Shown piece by piece: positions 1 to 14,040 of a DNA stretch of 64,000 bases (position 1 is the stretch's first letter; each line of letters opens with the position of its first letter). Origin of the DNA: the human T2T-CHM13v2.0 reference genome, Homo sapiens; assembly GCF_009914755.1 (NCBI RefSeq), contig NC_060932.1, one strand, 5' to 3'. Made by a program: the position numbers and the translations under genes. The notes under the pieces were generated by a model. It was not told the DNA's origin. It saw only the letters and a program-made list of their open reading frames with translations, and ran no database searches.

Positions 1-185
1 GTTCTAAGTGCTTTACACGCATTAACTCCTGTGATTTTCAGAACGACATGATAAGGCAGGTACTATATTCATTCTCATTTTGCATTTGAGCCAACCAAAG
101 AACATTGAATGCCAAAATCGATTAAATCATTGACTCAGGGACACATGCCTAGGGAGTCAGAGTGCTGGGATTTGAACTAAAGGAA
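1..185 (+). mobile_element. MIR SINE remnant
   Basis: MIR-like blocks: ctaagtgctttac, aggtactatattcattctcattttgca, ctgggatttgaac. Confidence 0.65.
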
Positions 186-263
186 GTTCATAGTTAATAT
201 TTTTAACACTATGCTATGCGTAGCCCTGGAGATTCATGCAGTCTAATTAATACAGACACCCAG

Positions 264-570
264 GGCTGGGTGCGGTGGCTCATGCCTGTAATCCCAACAC
301 TGTGGGAGGTCAAGGGAGGCAGATCACTTGAGGTCAGGAGTTGGAGACCAGGCTGACAAACATGGCGAAACCCCATCTCTACCAAAAATACAAAAATTAG
401 CTGGGTGTGGTGGTGCATGCCTGTAATCCCAGCTACTCGGGAGGCTGAGGTGGGAAAATCACTTGAACTGGGAGGTGGAGGTTGCAGTGAGCCGAGATTG
501 TGCCACTGCACTCCAGCCTGGGCGAAAGAGTGAGACCCTGTCTCAAAAATAAATAAATAAATAAATAATT
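264..570 (+). mobile_element. AluS (Sx/Sz-like) with (AAAT)n tail
   Basis: Dimeric Alu starting ggctgggtgcggtggctc. Degenerate TSD aatacagacacccag / aatatgggcacccag. Confidence 0.95.
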
Positions 571-699
571 TAAAAATATGGGCACCCAGATGTCATTGTC
601 AACTTGGGTTGGCAAGTCCTGGCACATTTACCTCTTGAATATTTAAAAAACCTAACCCTTGCTCTGAACTTAGTCCCATTGTGTTCATTCAGGTCACTA

Positions 700-1110
700 G
701 CTCCTACATTAGTAAACAATTATTCAGTAATCAGTCACTGTCAGGCATGTGTGAGATGTTGGAGGGCATCACAGTGAAGAAGTCACATTCACCACCACAG
801 TGGTGCTTATTATTTCCATAAGGAAGACAACATTGAATGCATATGTACAGAATGAGAAAATAATTATTTGACAGTGACAAGTGCTATGAGGGCAAATGCC
901 ACTATCATCTTGTGCCTAGACTTCTGTAACAACCCCTTCATTGATCTGCCTGCCTCTAGTATTGTTCCATTCCAATCTGTTGAGCACAAAATGCAGTCTG
1001 ACCCATCCAAAAGCAAATCTGACCATTTGATGATCTTGCTTAAAGTCTCCCATGCCCCTGTGCCATCACTCATAAGGTCAATCTAAGCTCCCTGGTAACT
1101 GGCTTCTACT
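700..1110. mobile_element. L2 LINE remnants
   Basis: L2-like text such as ccactatcatcttgtgcctagacttctgtaac and aaatctgaccatttgatgatcttgcttaaag. Confidence 0.55.
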
Positions 1111-2733
1111 TCCCTCTTCAGTTACTTCCCATATTCTTTGCTTCTGGATTTTATGCCACATTAATTAGACTTCCCTGTAGGCACTACTCTTCTATGCATA
1201 CACCATGTTCCTACTTCTGTGCCTTTGTGCAGGTTGCCCTCTCTACTTGAACCCCTTTCCACCCTTCATCTCCTGTCTGATGTTTACCTTTCAAGAATCA
1301 CTGCTTCTAGGAGGACAACCCCGACACAAGTTAAGAAGGACTGAAAGCAAACGACATTGGGGCTTTCATTCCTTGATCAAGTATTGTGTCTTTGTGTTAT
1401 TTTCATCACTGCATAGAGGTGCCAAGGGCAATACCTAGAATGCAATTGACACTCAGCATATGTTTGCAGAAACGAACCAGAGAAGTTAGCAGATTCTATC
1501 ATCTCTCCCAAGTCAGTAGTCCCTATCCCATTTCTCTCCCACTTGCCTACTGAAGGAGGATATTTATAGCTAAATCTTAATGAATATAATCAATATTTTT
1601 TCCAAGTACCATTCTCAGGTAAACACTGACTCTTGCTTCACCCCAGATTAGGCACCTCAAGCCCACAGGTCTGGGAATATTCTTGCTCTTTATAATACTT
1701 ATTATCCACACATTTGGAGATACAGAAAACAATTTTTTACTTTCAGCAGGCACAGTGGTAAAAGGAAAAAGCATTGAAATGATTCTGCAACAATATTGCC
1801 TTCTATTTTTTATGTCAAAGATAGGTTGGAGGAGTTGAACACATAATGCAGTATGAAACAATTTTATTATATTTTGTCATATTCTAGAACCAGGTTTTAC
1901 ATATATTCTGGGTGTTTAATAAGCAGATTCTTTTCAGCTCTTCTGAATAAACAGGACATAGTCTCTTCTCAGTATATTAAGAAAGGCCCAGGAACACTAT
2001 CCAGTAAAGACCACGGCTGAAATACAGTTTCTACTGATACACGTGATAGAAATTACAGGTGGGAAAATGAGTTGAAATTAAATATTTGTAAACAAAATAA
2101 ACTTCTCCCCAATTCATTTGTCAATTTTTTTTCCTTTATGATCACATTCCCAACTAGAAGTCAGCATTTTTTGGAGTTAATTTAGATTTCCAAGGATATT
2201 TCCCAAAATTGCCATGAGATTCATTACTCAATATGCAAGAAAAATTAATGTACTAAGTTTTTACTTACATGAGTGCAATTTTAATATTTAAAGATTATGG
2301 GGAAGAAATATCATTGTACTTTTCTACCATATTCTGTGGAAAAAGAAATTGAGAGCATTTTCTGCAAGTTTTAGAAATGTCTCATTGGAAAAGTTAATAA
2401 AACCAAAGAATCAACACAATTCTATAGTTTTCTTGAGGCTAAAATTGTGAGCTATGTGTTTCCTTTTTAAGACAGAAACAGAACTCAACGTTAAAAGTAC
2501 ACTCAGCCAAGAATCATTCCCTGAGAAATAAGTTGCCTCAATCCTTCTGTACTCTGCAATAAAACGTAGCACAAGCAAATAAGAGTTTATTTACTGCTGC
2601 ATAAAACTTTGGAGGAGCAGGCAAAGAGAGGAAGCCTGCTTTCGATTTCTACCATCTGGAAATATTAGAACTCAAAGCTAGGATATTTCCAATTTTCTTG
2701 TAGAATAATAAGTAATGTGTCTTCTCCACTCAC

Positions 2734-2818
2734 CAGCTCTGCAGGCCAGAACAGATGTCATAGGACTGATGATTGTCATAGGTAAATTTCTCCACGCGAG
2801 TACATCATTCCTCAAAAA
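2734..2818 (-). ncRNA. Candidate non-coding exon
   Basis: Strong donor on the minus strand (CTG|GTGAGT). The acceptor ttttctcaag is weak. Confidence 0.2.
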
Positions 2819-3493
2819 CTTGAGAAAACTATTAATTTGGCTTTTTAAAATGTGCAACCCCCACACGTTTTAAATTAGAGAAGTTATGTGCAAAGTCATC
2901 ATTGCTCTGTTTTATAATCCCTTGTAAACATAGAACTTAACTCTTTCACACTTATTTTTCTTAACAATATTTCTTGAAAATAAGAAAACTATTTTTCTTG
3001 AAAATAAATAAAATTATTTTTTCTAAAGAACATCTGAATAAGCAGATTAGCCCTGAGTTTCAGAATCAGCCCTCTGAAGTATTGCTTGTCATTTTGCAAG
3101 TCACTTAACCCCTTTGGAGCTTCTGTTTCTCTTTCTGTAAAACAATACTGACCACCCACCAAATTTAAGGACCTGAAGGCAACCCTAGACTTCAGAAGTG
3201 TGCCAGTGCTTAGCATGAAAGTGTCATATAACTTGCAAGGAGGCAGTGTAGTCTGATGTGGAAACGGTTCAATTATCCCTCAGGAAACCAAGGTCTTTTT
3301 TTTTCTCAATTTGGAGACTAAGTGACCTCTGAGAGGCCATCCACTCTTAGAGCTTTGTTCATTCTTAGGGCAGCCTCCAACCTCAGTCACCACTGAATTT
3401 CAAACTCTCTTCTTTGTCCTGCTGACGTCTGGTTTGGTTTGGTTTTTCTCCTATACTCTTAATGTCTCCTTCTATCAGTTTCCTTGTCCTAAC

Positions 3494-3846
3494 TGCTACG
3501 GTTTGAATGTGTCCCACAAAGTTCTTGTGTTAGAAACTAAACCCCCAATGCAACAGTGTGAACTGTTAAAGAGGTGATTAGTTCATGAGGGCTGTGTGCT
3601 CATGAATGGATTAATGACATTACGGTGGGAGTTTGTTATAAAAATGAATTCAGCTCCTGTACACTCTCTTTTGCCATTGTGATGTCTTCCACCATGTTAT
3701 GACATAGCAAGAAAGCTCTCACCAGATGCAGCACTTTTATCTTAAACTTCCCAGCCTCCAGAATTATGTGTCAAATCAAATTTTATTGTTCATAAATTAT
3801 CCAGTTTGTGCTATTTTGTTATAGCAGCACAAACCAAAGACTAGCA
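3494..3846. mobile_element. MST-type (ERVL-MaLR) solo LTR
   Basis: Starts tgctacggtttgaatgtgtccc. Contains cttcccagcctccagaa and ttgttatagcagcac near the end. Confidence 0.85.
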
Positions 3847-3885
3847 TATTTAATAGTTTTTCACTGAGAAAATATGAAAATTGTT

Positions 3886-4231
<346 letters not shown>

Positions 4232-4589
4232 TCAAAAAAAGTCACTCCGAAAAAAACAAACATAAATAATAATAAATACTTGGTAAGTTCCCCCAGATAA
4301 AGTTGTTTTGCAGTTTCCAAGCAATAGACCAAAACTAAGTCAAGTTTTAAAATTTCTCCCTTTTACTGTTCCTCAACCTATTTTGACCCTAGATGAAAAG
4401 CATATATTTAATTATCCATGCTATTTTAATCATAAATTAAACCAAATTTTTCACTGAGAATTGAGAAATGAATTATACTTAAGAGAAAATGGACAGAGTG
4501 TATTCAAGGAAATTTAAAGATAAACAGCAACAATAAAGTTCAGATAAGATGATCATATAAACCACATCTCACTACAATTAATTCAAAGA

Positions 4590-5092
4590 AGTAATTTCCA
4601 TTTATTTATTGTCTTTAATTGTGATTAGGGGAAATATTACTTAACAGGACTTTTTTAAAAGTGTTTAACAATTCTATTATTATTCAATAATTTGAGGTTT
4701 TCATGATACCTGCTAGTTAGAAACATGATCTTAAAAAAAAAAAAAAACTTTTGCAGTTATCTTCCCAAGCCAAAAAAAAAAAAAAAAAAAAATGGGAATG
4801 CAGACTTCATGGTGATAGATACAGTACACCTTCAAGATGCTTCTGCTAGGGGCATCTCTTTTGCTTCTTGGGATATTGATTACATTCGGTCCTGTACACC
4901 ATTGGTAGACTCCCAAAAGTTGAATGAAGTATGGAATAGGCACTTGTGATAATAGCTTCAGGTCCGTGTCAAAGTGCTTGAATGACAAGCAGCAAAAAGT
5001 GACCAGCAGCTCATTGGCAAGAGCTTTAAAGAGGCTGTGTTCACCTCGATCCAGTGAGTTTTTCTGGAGTTGGATCATTGGATCATATTTCT
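4590..5092 (-). ncRNA. Candidate (terminal?) exon of a minus-strand transcript
   Basis: Strong acceptor ttttttcctctcttaatag| before 5092, unique sequence, and a minus-strand AATAAA near 4601-4610. The 3' end is uncertain. Confidence 0.35.
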
Positions 5093-5619
5093 CTATTAAG
5101 AGAGGAAAAAACATATAAGGAAGACAGTAAAACTCTAGGATGTTTTTCGTTGATATCAATAAGTATACATTTAAAAATAAAATAGACAGATGTATTTGAC
5201 ATTAAAAAAGAAACAAACAAAATAAAAGAGAGTCCGTTATAGGGCACAGAAGTAAAAAGTTCGTCTGCAAAGAATCACAGTGCATAATTCAGGACTATGT
5301 AAATTAAACACTTTGTTATGGAGAATTTGCTATGTTACTCTGTTTTGCAGATTAACTCCAAAGTATGAATATACACAAATGAGAAATACAAACTGGTCAC
5401 AAAGATGATAGAAGTTATAAAAATAAGTGGCAAAAACAAAGCTAAAAAAACAGAATGGCTCTAGCATAGTGCTAGAGGAAAATAATTTTTAAAGGATTAG
5501 GTATCTACATCCTTTAGATAAGAAACAGACTAGAGAAGTTACAAAATATCCCAAGCAGCCTGAGGAATAAGAGACTTCAAAATAATATAGAAGAAGAGGA
5601 TATGGGAAGACGGACAACT

Positions 5620-5840
5620 GTCTAGTGAGATCTTTCAGATGGAGTCCAGATAAGAAGACCTAAGGTACCTCAGCTGACAGAGAGCATTAACCACCAGATA
5701 TATGAATAAAGCCACCTTGCACCTTTCAGCCCAGTCCATACAGCTGCCATCTGACAGCAACTACCCTAGCAATTCCAAGCAGGACCAGGAGAACCACGCT
5801 TCAGCTCACAGAGTTGTGAGAAAAAATAAATTGTTCTTCA
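5620..5840. mobile_element. Old MLT1 (MaLR) LTR fragment
   Basis: MLT1F/G/H-like text: cagctgacagagagcattaaccaccagatatatgaataaagccacc ... cagagttgtgagaaaaaataaattg. Confidence 0.6.
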
Positions 5841-7097
5841 AAGAATAGATCTCTTTGCAGTCTGTGTACCCCAAACAAACGGGAGGCAAAAAATTATTTG
5901 AACCTTGTTATCCTGTGCATAATAAAAGCAAGGTTTGCTTTATTTTATTTTACATCTATAGATAGTACTTTTGGCAAAATATCCATAAATTCCAAATATG
6001 ATAATTTGTCACTAAAGTCATTAATTTTTCATTCCTCCAGCACACAAAGTGGATTGATTATCAAGGAGTATACTATGTTTCTTTTACGACAGTTGCTTCA
6101 GCTGTGAAAATTCCACTGATTCCAATTCCATAAGAAATTTTAAAACCAAGGCATTAAGAAATGCATTTTTCTATGAATCCTGGAGAAAGTTCTGAACTTC
6201 CTAATAAAACAGTCTCCATATTGTTAAAAGACCTAATGATATGAAATGATAAACAAATGCTTTCATCACAAATGCTGAGTCTGATGAGGTTATATTATAA
6301 CATAGGACATTGATGAATGACCATTTATCCATACTTCCTTAGATGTATACAAATCAAGTATATTCCAGGTGTATTCCATACCTAAGTAGGGGTTCCTTGC
6401 TCTTCATTTAAATTGTTGAGTTCTTTAAGTCAGCTTGAAGAGTCATTATTTTCTTTGTGAAATTGAAATTATGGTTCTCATATTACACAAGACCTTTGCT
6501 ATGACAACATAATAGTTACAGAAAGAAAAAAATCCAATCTTAAACTACCATAACATATTTAACCTATAATTGCAGAACCCTCATAGTTATAACAGGAAAC
6601 AACAGCTGAAATGATGGTGGGGGAAGGGAGAATTTGTAAGACCAAGGCTGAAAGAGTGTGGAAGACTGGGTCCAGAAGACAAAAATAAAGACTTTTCACA
6701 GAATTCCCATTTATTATCAGTTATTTATACCGGTTCAATATAAAATGTACCATTGTATAGCATATTCTACCTCTTCTATACTTTTTTTTCATTTTTAATG
6801 TCTGCAACTTTTCCAGCAGCCCTGCCAATGTACCTAACAGAATCTCTTTCTGTGTGTTAGTAGCTATAATGCTCTCTTTGCACAAGCAGCTCTTAAAACA
6901 AACAAAACAACCTCTATTCATTATTTTTTTCAAAATTACTCTGGACAAACCCTACCCTAACCATTGCAACAAACAAGTTCAATTCATATAAGAATAAAAT
7001 CACTCATGGTGATCAACAGCAAGCCTTGAATGCTGAACTATTTTTTTTCCTAATATTGGACAGACTATGCAGTTTGGCACCAGTAAACAGGACTCAC

Positions 7098-7364
7098 ATT
7101 GCTGACTTCCCTTTAACAGTGTTGGCTATAAACTCTCCTCTAACTGTTACTGCCATCGAGGATTTGTCTGCATATTTGAGAGGGAGAGCCAGGAAAAACA
7201 ACTGTGGTTGCCCAAGAACATAAGTCTATCGAATAGTGAAATAAGCTGGGGATATCTAAGTGAGCTTTGGGTTTTGCACTCAGCTTAATAGTGATCCTTC
7301 CCTTGATCTTCTCAATGCATTTTCTTAAAGGTATTGAAAGCTGAAGTTCTCTGAAGAAAGGTTT
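7098..7364 (-). ncRNA. Candidate non-coding exon (267 nt)
   Basis: Acceptor gttcttggccttgtttgcag| and donor AAT|GTGAGT. Stops occur in all three frames. Confidence 0.35.
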
Positions 7365-8077
7365 CTGCAAACAAGGCCAAGAACACTAAAACTTCAAACC
7401 CATGTAAATGGGATCAGCTGTTTGCTCTGAACCTGTTTCTCACTAGTAGCCAGTCAGCTACCTCCACTCTCCCACACACCCCAGTATGTCCTTAGAATAA
7501 TAATTATGTCTCAAGAGAGTTAAATCAGTGGCCAGAAATCATATAACTAGAGATTGGACTAACAGACTGAGGATTAGAATCTATCCCAACACCCAAGCCT
7601 ACTCCTGTCTGCCATGTTGTTTCTCTATGTACAAGACAACATTCTTAGTTTTTACAGCAAGTTAAAAGATGTGTGAGCTAGATGACTGCCCTGAAGGAGT
7701 TTCATTCTCATTCAGGAGACAAGACGTAAACACATATTGATTAAATAACAACGAAATATTGAAATAGTCTAAAATGTAACAAAGCAGCAGTAGTGTCTTT
7801 AACATCAAAATTTCAAAGAAAATTCTGACTGTGGAAATATTTAATATATGTTCTGGAGGTGAAAATTCAAATAGGTTAATTCCTAACTGATATTTCACTT
7901 AGAGAGAACAGAGAGAAGAGAGAGTTTGGGACTGGACTGAAGAAAGCCTTGATCCATCACTTCGGGTCTGAATTTTCTGATGGGGGTATCCTGCAGACTT
8001 GGGAAATGCTTACTTACTTTGGAACCATCTGTGCATATTCTCCATTGCCCGTCTTACACTCAAGGATTTCCCCGCAA

Positions 8078-8369
<292 letters not shown>

Positions 8370-8484
8370 GACTTCCCTGCATCTTAAGATGATAGTTGTT
8401 AGCTGAATAAATAGAAATTAAATGTTAAAAGACTAGGAAGCCATGTACTCACTGATAAAAGCATTCATAGGCAGGGAAGAAGAA

Positions 8485-8552
8485 TACCTTTGAAAAAGAG
8501 GTAGTAAAATGTTGAGATGACTACCTTTGAAAAAGAGATGGTAAAATGTTGA
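8485..8552. repeat. Imperfect tandem duplication, 37-bp period
   Basis: tacctttgaaaaagaggtagtaaaatgttga at 8485 recurs as tacctttgaaaaagagatggtaaaatgttga at 8522. Confidence 0.9.
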
Positions 8553-9145
8553 AGTTAAAGAGACCCTCCTGAGGTCCCTGGGTTATATTCAGAAGCCTAT
8601 TTTGTGCATAATATCACCCTTTATACCAGTACCTATTGGTTACTGAAGTTTTAAGCACACATGACAACTGACATAACATTTTAATTTGGAGTTTATTAAA
8701 CTAACACAGAAATAGTCATTTTCTTTTCAGTAGCCAATCCTTGAGTTCAGAAGCTTTAATTTACAAACAGGACTAGTGGGCCATACAGTCATCCCTTCTT
8801 ATGATGAAGTCTGTTTGTGGTAAATAATTTTACCCATATATTTATTTCTTTACCCTTTTACACAACTCTAAGAATTTCAGATATGGTTTAAGTAAGTCAG
8901 TTGTTGCTCTGAAGTCCTCAAACTAACTTTTAAAATGTGTAAATAAAAACAAAATTAAGCATTTGGATGGCGAACAGACATACGAAGAAAAAGCCTCTTT
9001 GTATCCATATTATCTGAAAATGTTGGCATTTTCTTTTGGTTAAAAGTATACATGGTAATGTACCTTTCTAATACGCAAAGGTTAGAAAATGAAAATCAAT
9101 TTCATACTATTCATTACTTATTTTAGAGCTATAAAATAACAATTG

Positions 9146-9451
9146 TCGACCCAGCACGGTGGCTCACGCCTGTAATCCCAGCACTTTGGGAGGCCGAGGC
9201 AGGTGGATCATGGGGTCAAGAGATCAAGACCATCCTGGCCAACCAACATGGTGAAACTCCGTCTCTACTAAAAATACAAAACTTAGCGTAGTGGCGCACA
9301 CCTGTAGTCCCAGCTACTGCAGAGGCTGAGGTAGGAGAATCGCTTGAACCCAGGAGTCAGAGGTTGCCACTGCACTCCAACCCAGGTGACAGAGTGAGAC
9401 TCCATCTCAAAAAAACAAAAAAACAAAAAACAAAACGAAACAAAACAAAAA
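9146..9451 (+). mobile_element. AluS (Sc-like) with small internal deletions and a CA-interrupted A tail
   Basis: Alu body in which gaggttgccactgcactcc lacks about 20 nt of the consensus right arm. Confidence 0.92.
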
Positions 9452-9898
9452 TTGTTAAGTTTAACTGATTGAAAGTTTTTTTAAATGTGATTGGCCTACG
9501 TTATGTTTCATAGAATCACTTTTACTAAATAATTGATTTGCATTTATTCTCTAAACTTCTAATAAAAAATATAATTAGACACAATGTTATTAAGCCAGGC
9601 TTTACTTTAACTCTAAACGTATAATTGAAATACAGAAAATACCTTTCAGGCTTTGGCTCTAAGAAAAACTTTGTTTCTCCTGAGCAGCAAATAAGAGTTT
9701 ATTGACATGGTGGACTCTATAACTGATGATGTTTACCTCTTGGCCTTGTCCATTGGGTTCAGAATTAAAGTTGAGCCAGTGTAGGTTTGGTCAGAACCTT
9801 ACAAGATACATGTATTTGCATAACTTCACCCCTGGCTTCATTTGCTATTTTGCCCTTTTATTCTATAAGGTTTTAGGTTCTTTACATATGATATCTCC

Positions 9899-10962
9899 TG
9901 TTATGGAAAGAATTGAGTCCCCTCAAAATTTATATGTTAAAGTCCTAACCCATCAAAGTGACTGTATTTGGAGACAGAGTCTCTAAAGGGCTAATTAAAT
10001 GTAAATGATGTCATAGGGTGGGGCCCTAATCCAATAGGGCTGATGCCCTTATAAGAAGACAAACAGACACCAGAGATCTTTCTCTCTCTCTCTGCACTCA
10101 CACAGAGGAAAGGCAATGTGAGAACACAGCAAGAAGGCAGTGCCCTGAAAGCCAAGAAAAACTACCCCACCAGGGAGTGTAAATTAGTTCAACCATGAGG
10201 AAGACAGTGTGGCGATTCCTCAAAGATCTACAACCAGAAATGCCATTTGACCCAGCAATCCTATTACTGGGTATATACCCAAAGGATTATAAATCATTCT
10301 ACTATAAAGACATATGCACACGTATGTTTATTGCAGCACTATTCACAATAGCAAAGACTTGGAACCAACCCAGATGCCCATCAATGATAGACTTGATAAA
10401 GAAAATGTGGCACATATACACCATGAAATACTATGCAGCCATAAAAAAGAATGAGTTAATGTCCTTTGTAGGAACATGGATGAAGCTGGAAACCATCATT
10501 CTCAGCAAACTAACACAGGAACAGAAAACCAAACACCACATTTTCTCACACATAAGTGGGAGTTGAACAATGAGAACACATGGACACAGGGAGGGGAACA
10601 TCACACACCCGGGCCAGTCAGGGAGTGGGAGGCAAAGGGAGAGAGAGTATTAGGACAAATACCTAATGCATGTGGGGCTTAAAACCCAGATGACAGGTTG
10701 ATAGTTGCAGCAAACCACCATGGCTCATGTACACCTGTGTAACAAACCTGCACATTCTGCACATGTATCCCAGAACTTAAAGTAAAATTTTTTAAAAAAA
10801 GAAAGGAAAGAAAAGAAAAAATACCCCACCAGAAACCAATCCTGCCTCCTGGCACCTTGGTTGTGGACTTCCAGCCTACAGAACTGTGAGATAATAAATC
10901 TCCATTGTTTAAACCACCCAGTCTGTGGAAATCTGCTATAGCAGTTTGTGTAAGCCAATGTA
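9899..10962. mobile_element. MLT1A/B-type MaLR solo LTR split by an L1 insertion
   Basis: Left part tgttatgg...gggccctaatccaata...gccaag. Resumes after 10832 with ggacttccagcctacagaactgtgagataataaat. Confidence 0.88.
10174..10812 (+). mobile_element. 5'-truncated L1PA7/8-like LINE-1 (ORF2 C-terminus and 3'UTR)
   Basis: ORF 10195-10566 matches the L1 ORF2p C-terminus ([18 protein letters not shown]). TSD aagaaaaa(c/a)taccccaccag at 10154-10173 and 10813-10832. Confidence 0.93.
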
Positions 10963-11962
10963 TCTTTTTATTTTTCTTCAGCAGTCAATCCTTTAAAGTA
11001 GGAGAGATCTATTGCACTGTGTAGCCATCTGGCCATCCTTTCTTTTCCCATTCCCTGAGAATATCTTTATTCCCCCGATCCCCACCTTAGAGAGATTGGT
11101 GTGAGTGGGAAATATGTCTGAGAGGTTTATCTGGATCATTCTCATGTTCAGAAATTCTCTTTCCCTTTGACTAAATCTCCCTCTTGTACCTGTTGTGTGA
11201 ATGTGGAGTGGGGCAAAGTATGGGGTGTGTGGAGGACAAATCCTAAGGACTATGCCTCTTTTTTGTACAAATAATAACTTCTCATTCCATGTTAACACAC
11301 ATTTTCCTGTTTTGAGAATGCCACAGCCTCGGTGGCTTTCTTGGCTATTCCTTCCTGGCTTAATCATCACAGTTCTGTAAGTGCCAGAGAAGCATGCTGA
11401 ACTCAATGATTTGTGAATCCTGTTCCTGTATACAGGGGCAAGTGTGAAATGAGGTGAATAGTCACTTGGGGCTACAACTGATATTTTATAGAGTACCTAA
11501 AATCAAGCACATCTTGCCACGTCTTTCTGAAACAGCATACATCTTCCCTAATAATCTAAGATATAAAAAATTCACATGCACTCTAGTGTGAAAACTTGTT
11601 ACTTGTTCTTATGAATGATTAGCCATGACCTTATTATTCCAAGAGAGCATTTATCCCTTCCTTGACCTGAGTTACATTATGCATTACAAAGATTTCTACA
11701 TTGACTAATAATACATGACATCCCTAAATGTCATCTCTCTAATCAATAGGCAACTCCACTGACCAAGAGAGATGAAGGGGAGATTTAGAGTTCACCTTGC
11801 CAGCAGTATTGATATGGACTGAATTACCCCCAAGAAGTAATGACGGCAGAGTTACAAAATAGATTTCATAACACGGTGCTATTGGCCTAGGACATTTACA
11901 ACACAAATTTCATATCCATGTAGCTTGCTATGTTAAAAGAGTTGGGTTGCTTAATCACCTCT

Positions 11963-12321
11963 TGTCTTAGTTCAGGCTGCTATAGCTGAATACCACAAAC
12001 TATGTACATTAAGCATCAAACATTTATTTCTCACAGTTCTGGTGGCTAGGAAGTCCAAGATCAAAGTGCTGGTCAATGAGGTTTCTGGGAGGGCCCTCTT
12101 CCTGGTTTGCAGACTGTCAACTACTTGCTGTATCTTCACATGGTGGAGAAAGAGATCATCTCTCTCGTGTCTCTTCTTATGAGAGCACTAATCCCAATTC
12201 ATGAAGTTTCTACCCTTATGACCTAATTGCCTCCCAAAGGCCCTATATCCAAATACCATTACATTAGGGATTAGGGATCACATACAAATTTGGGGGGAAC
12301 ATAAACACTCTGTCTATTGCA
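11963..12321. mobile_element. MLT1A-type MaLR solo LTR, opposite orientation to the copy at 9899
   Basis: tgtcttagttcaggctgctata...tttatttctcacagttctgg...ggaagtccaagatcaa...tttggggga. Confidence 0.88.
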
Positions 12322-12981
12322 TGACTGTCTTGACAAATAATGAGTAAATGAGCTATTTTGAAGGGTTTTCCTTGGAGTTGAGAGGGAGCCATCACTTCCC
12401 CCACTTTTGTGGAGGTTTTGTGGTGTTGAAATGTTGGCCTTGGGTTTCTAAAAAGCATTTGAAACTTTCACAAAGTGATCTGAAAGACTAAACTTTTGAT
12501 TGAACGATAGAGTGAGAGATGGTATGATATGTGGCCAACAGCACACACAGGAGATATTATGGCCACGAGGTCCCAGGGAGCTCATAGCCGTCAACAGTTT
12601 CAAATATTTCAAAGGCCACGCCTCCTACTGCTTTTAATCCTACTTTTAAGTGTCACAAACTTCTCAAAATTAGTACATTTTGAAGACAACCCACAGGAAG
12701 ACATTCTCTTTGAGCTTACCAGCTACATCTGCAATGTGTATAGGTATTAAGAACTAGAGAATTAACTCTCTAGCTTTGGTACCTAAGAACAGAAAATTTC
12801 TATTGAAACATTGAAATGAATGTGATCTTGATTTAATTCAACAAAATGATGCCCAAGATCTTTATTTTGTTCTGTAGTTAATGTTCATTTTAATTTCACT
12901 TCTAGTTACTTTCAGTTTGGATAGTCAAATAGGCTCTAAGATTAAAAAAAGTTTGTGTGACTCTAAAAAATAAATACTCAC

Positions 12982-13082
12982 CGTACGTATATATGTATGT
13001 TAAGCATATACACACATTTGTGTATGTGCACATCTATCTATGTATATAGATGCATGTGTGTGTGTGTATGCATAGATATATC
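12982..13082. repeat. Alternating purine-pyrimidine (TA/TG/CA) low-complexity tract
   Basis: cgtacgtatatatgtatg...gcatgtgtgtgtgtgtatgcatagatata. Confidence 0.75.
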
Positions 13083-13669
13083 CTAGATAAAAATTTGGGT
13101 TTACTTGTTTTTAACTTTTTTCCGTATGAAATTTAATCATTGTATTTCTCAGACATATTGCTTTAAAGAATACTCTCTTCAGCTACAAAGAGTAACTGGT
13201 TTAATTCCTTGGTACTAATACTTTCTACTTTTAGTAAATCATTGGTTTGGGGTGTGGTGACCCATATCAACTAAAGATTAGGAGAGGTGTGTGGATGTAA
13301 GATGTAAATGACATTCATTTCTTGTTGCTTAGAGCTTAAATATATTATATAGTTTTGTGAGAATAAGTCTAAAGGTATCCTATGGCTATTTAAGCAGTTG
13401 GTGATGAAAATTTGTTTATAAAGCATATATTTAAGTTAATTATCTCCAAATGTTTTCTATTATTTGGTTATCAAGAAAAAGTACCTTTAGCATGCAATCC
13501 AAACAGATATATAGATACACTACTGTAGAAATACATTACATATATTATAAGACATGGAAAATGGAAATTTAAAATTGTGACAAAAAGATGAAATAAACAA
13601 TATTACATAAATACTTTTATTATATTTAATGGTACAAAAAAATTGGATCTCAATATGCTATTAATAATT

Positions 13670-14040
13670 GCATTAGTCTGTGTAGAATTGCCTCACTTGT
13701 GGTAACAATACTGAGCTCTCACTAGCTTATCATGGTAAAGTTTATTTCTTGTTCACATTAGAGTCCAAGGTGGGTTGTGCTTCCATAGGGTATTTTCTCT
13801 CCTGTAATTCCAGGATGAGTTTATCTTATAATGTTGCCACATTTGCCTCCAAAGTCACTTTAAAAAAGGAAAGTAAAATCTGAAATATTGCACATGAAGT
13901 TTTAAGAGCTAGGCTCAGAAATGATACACCACTTTTCAGCTTACATTTCAATAGAATTCAGTCAAATGATCCAGATCTTACTGCAAATGAGGCTGAAAAA
14001 TGATGTTTTATGTGTCCAAGAAAAAGATATAATAAGACAA
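13670..14040. mobile_element. Old MLT1J/K/L-like LTR
   Basis: aaagtttatttcttgttcacatta and cttactgcaaatgaggctgaaaaatg motifs. Confidence 0.55.

Noticed and set aside
4731-5159. 142-aa minus-strand ORF as a protein-coding gene
   Set aside because: It starts at a non-ATG codon, runs through poly(T) tracts giving poly-Phe, and has no recognisable domain. I kept it only as a candidate non-coding exon.
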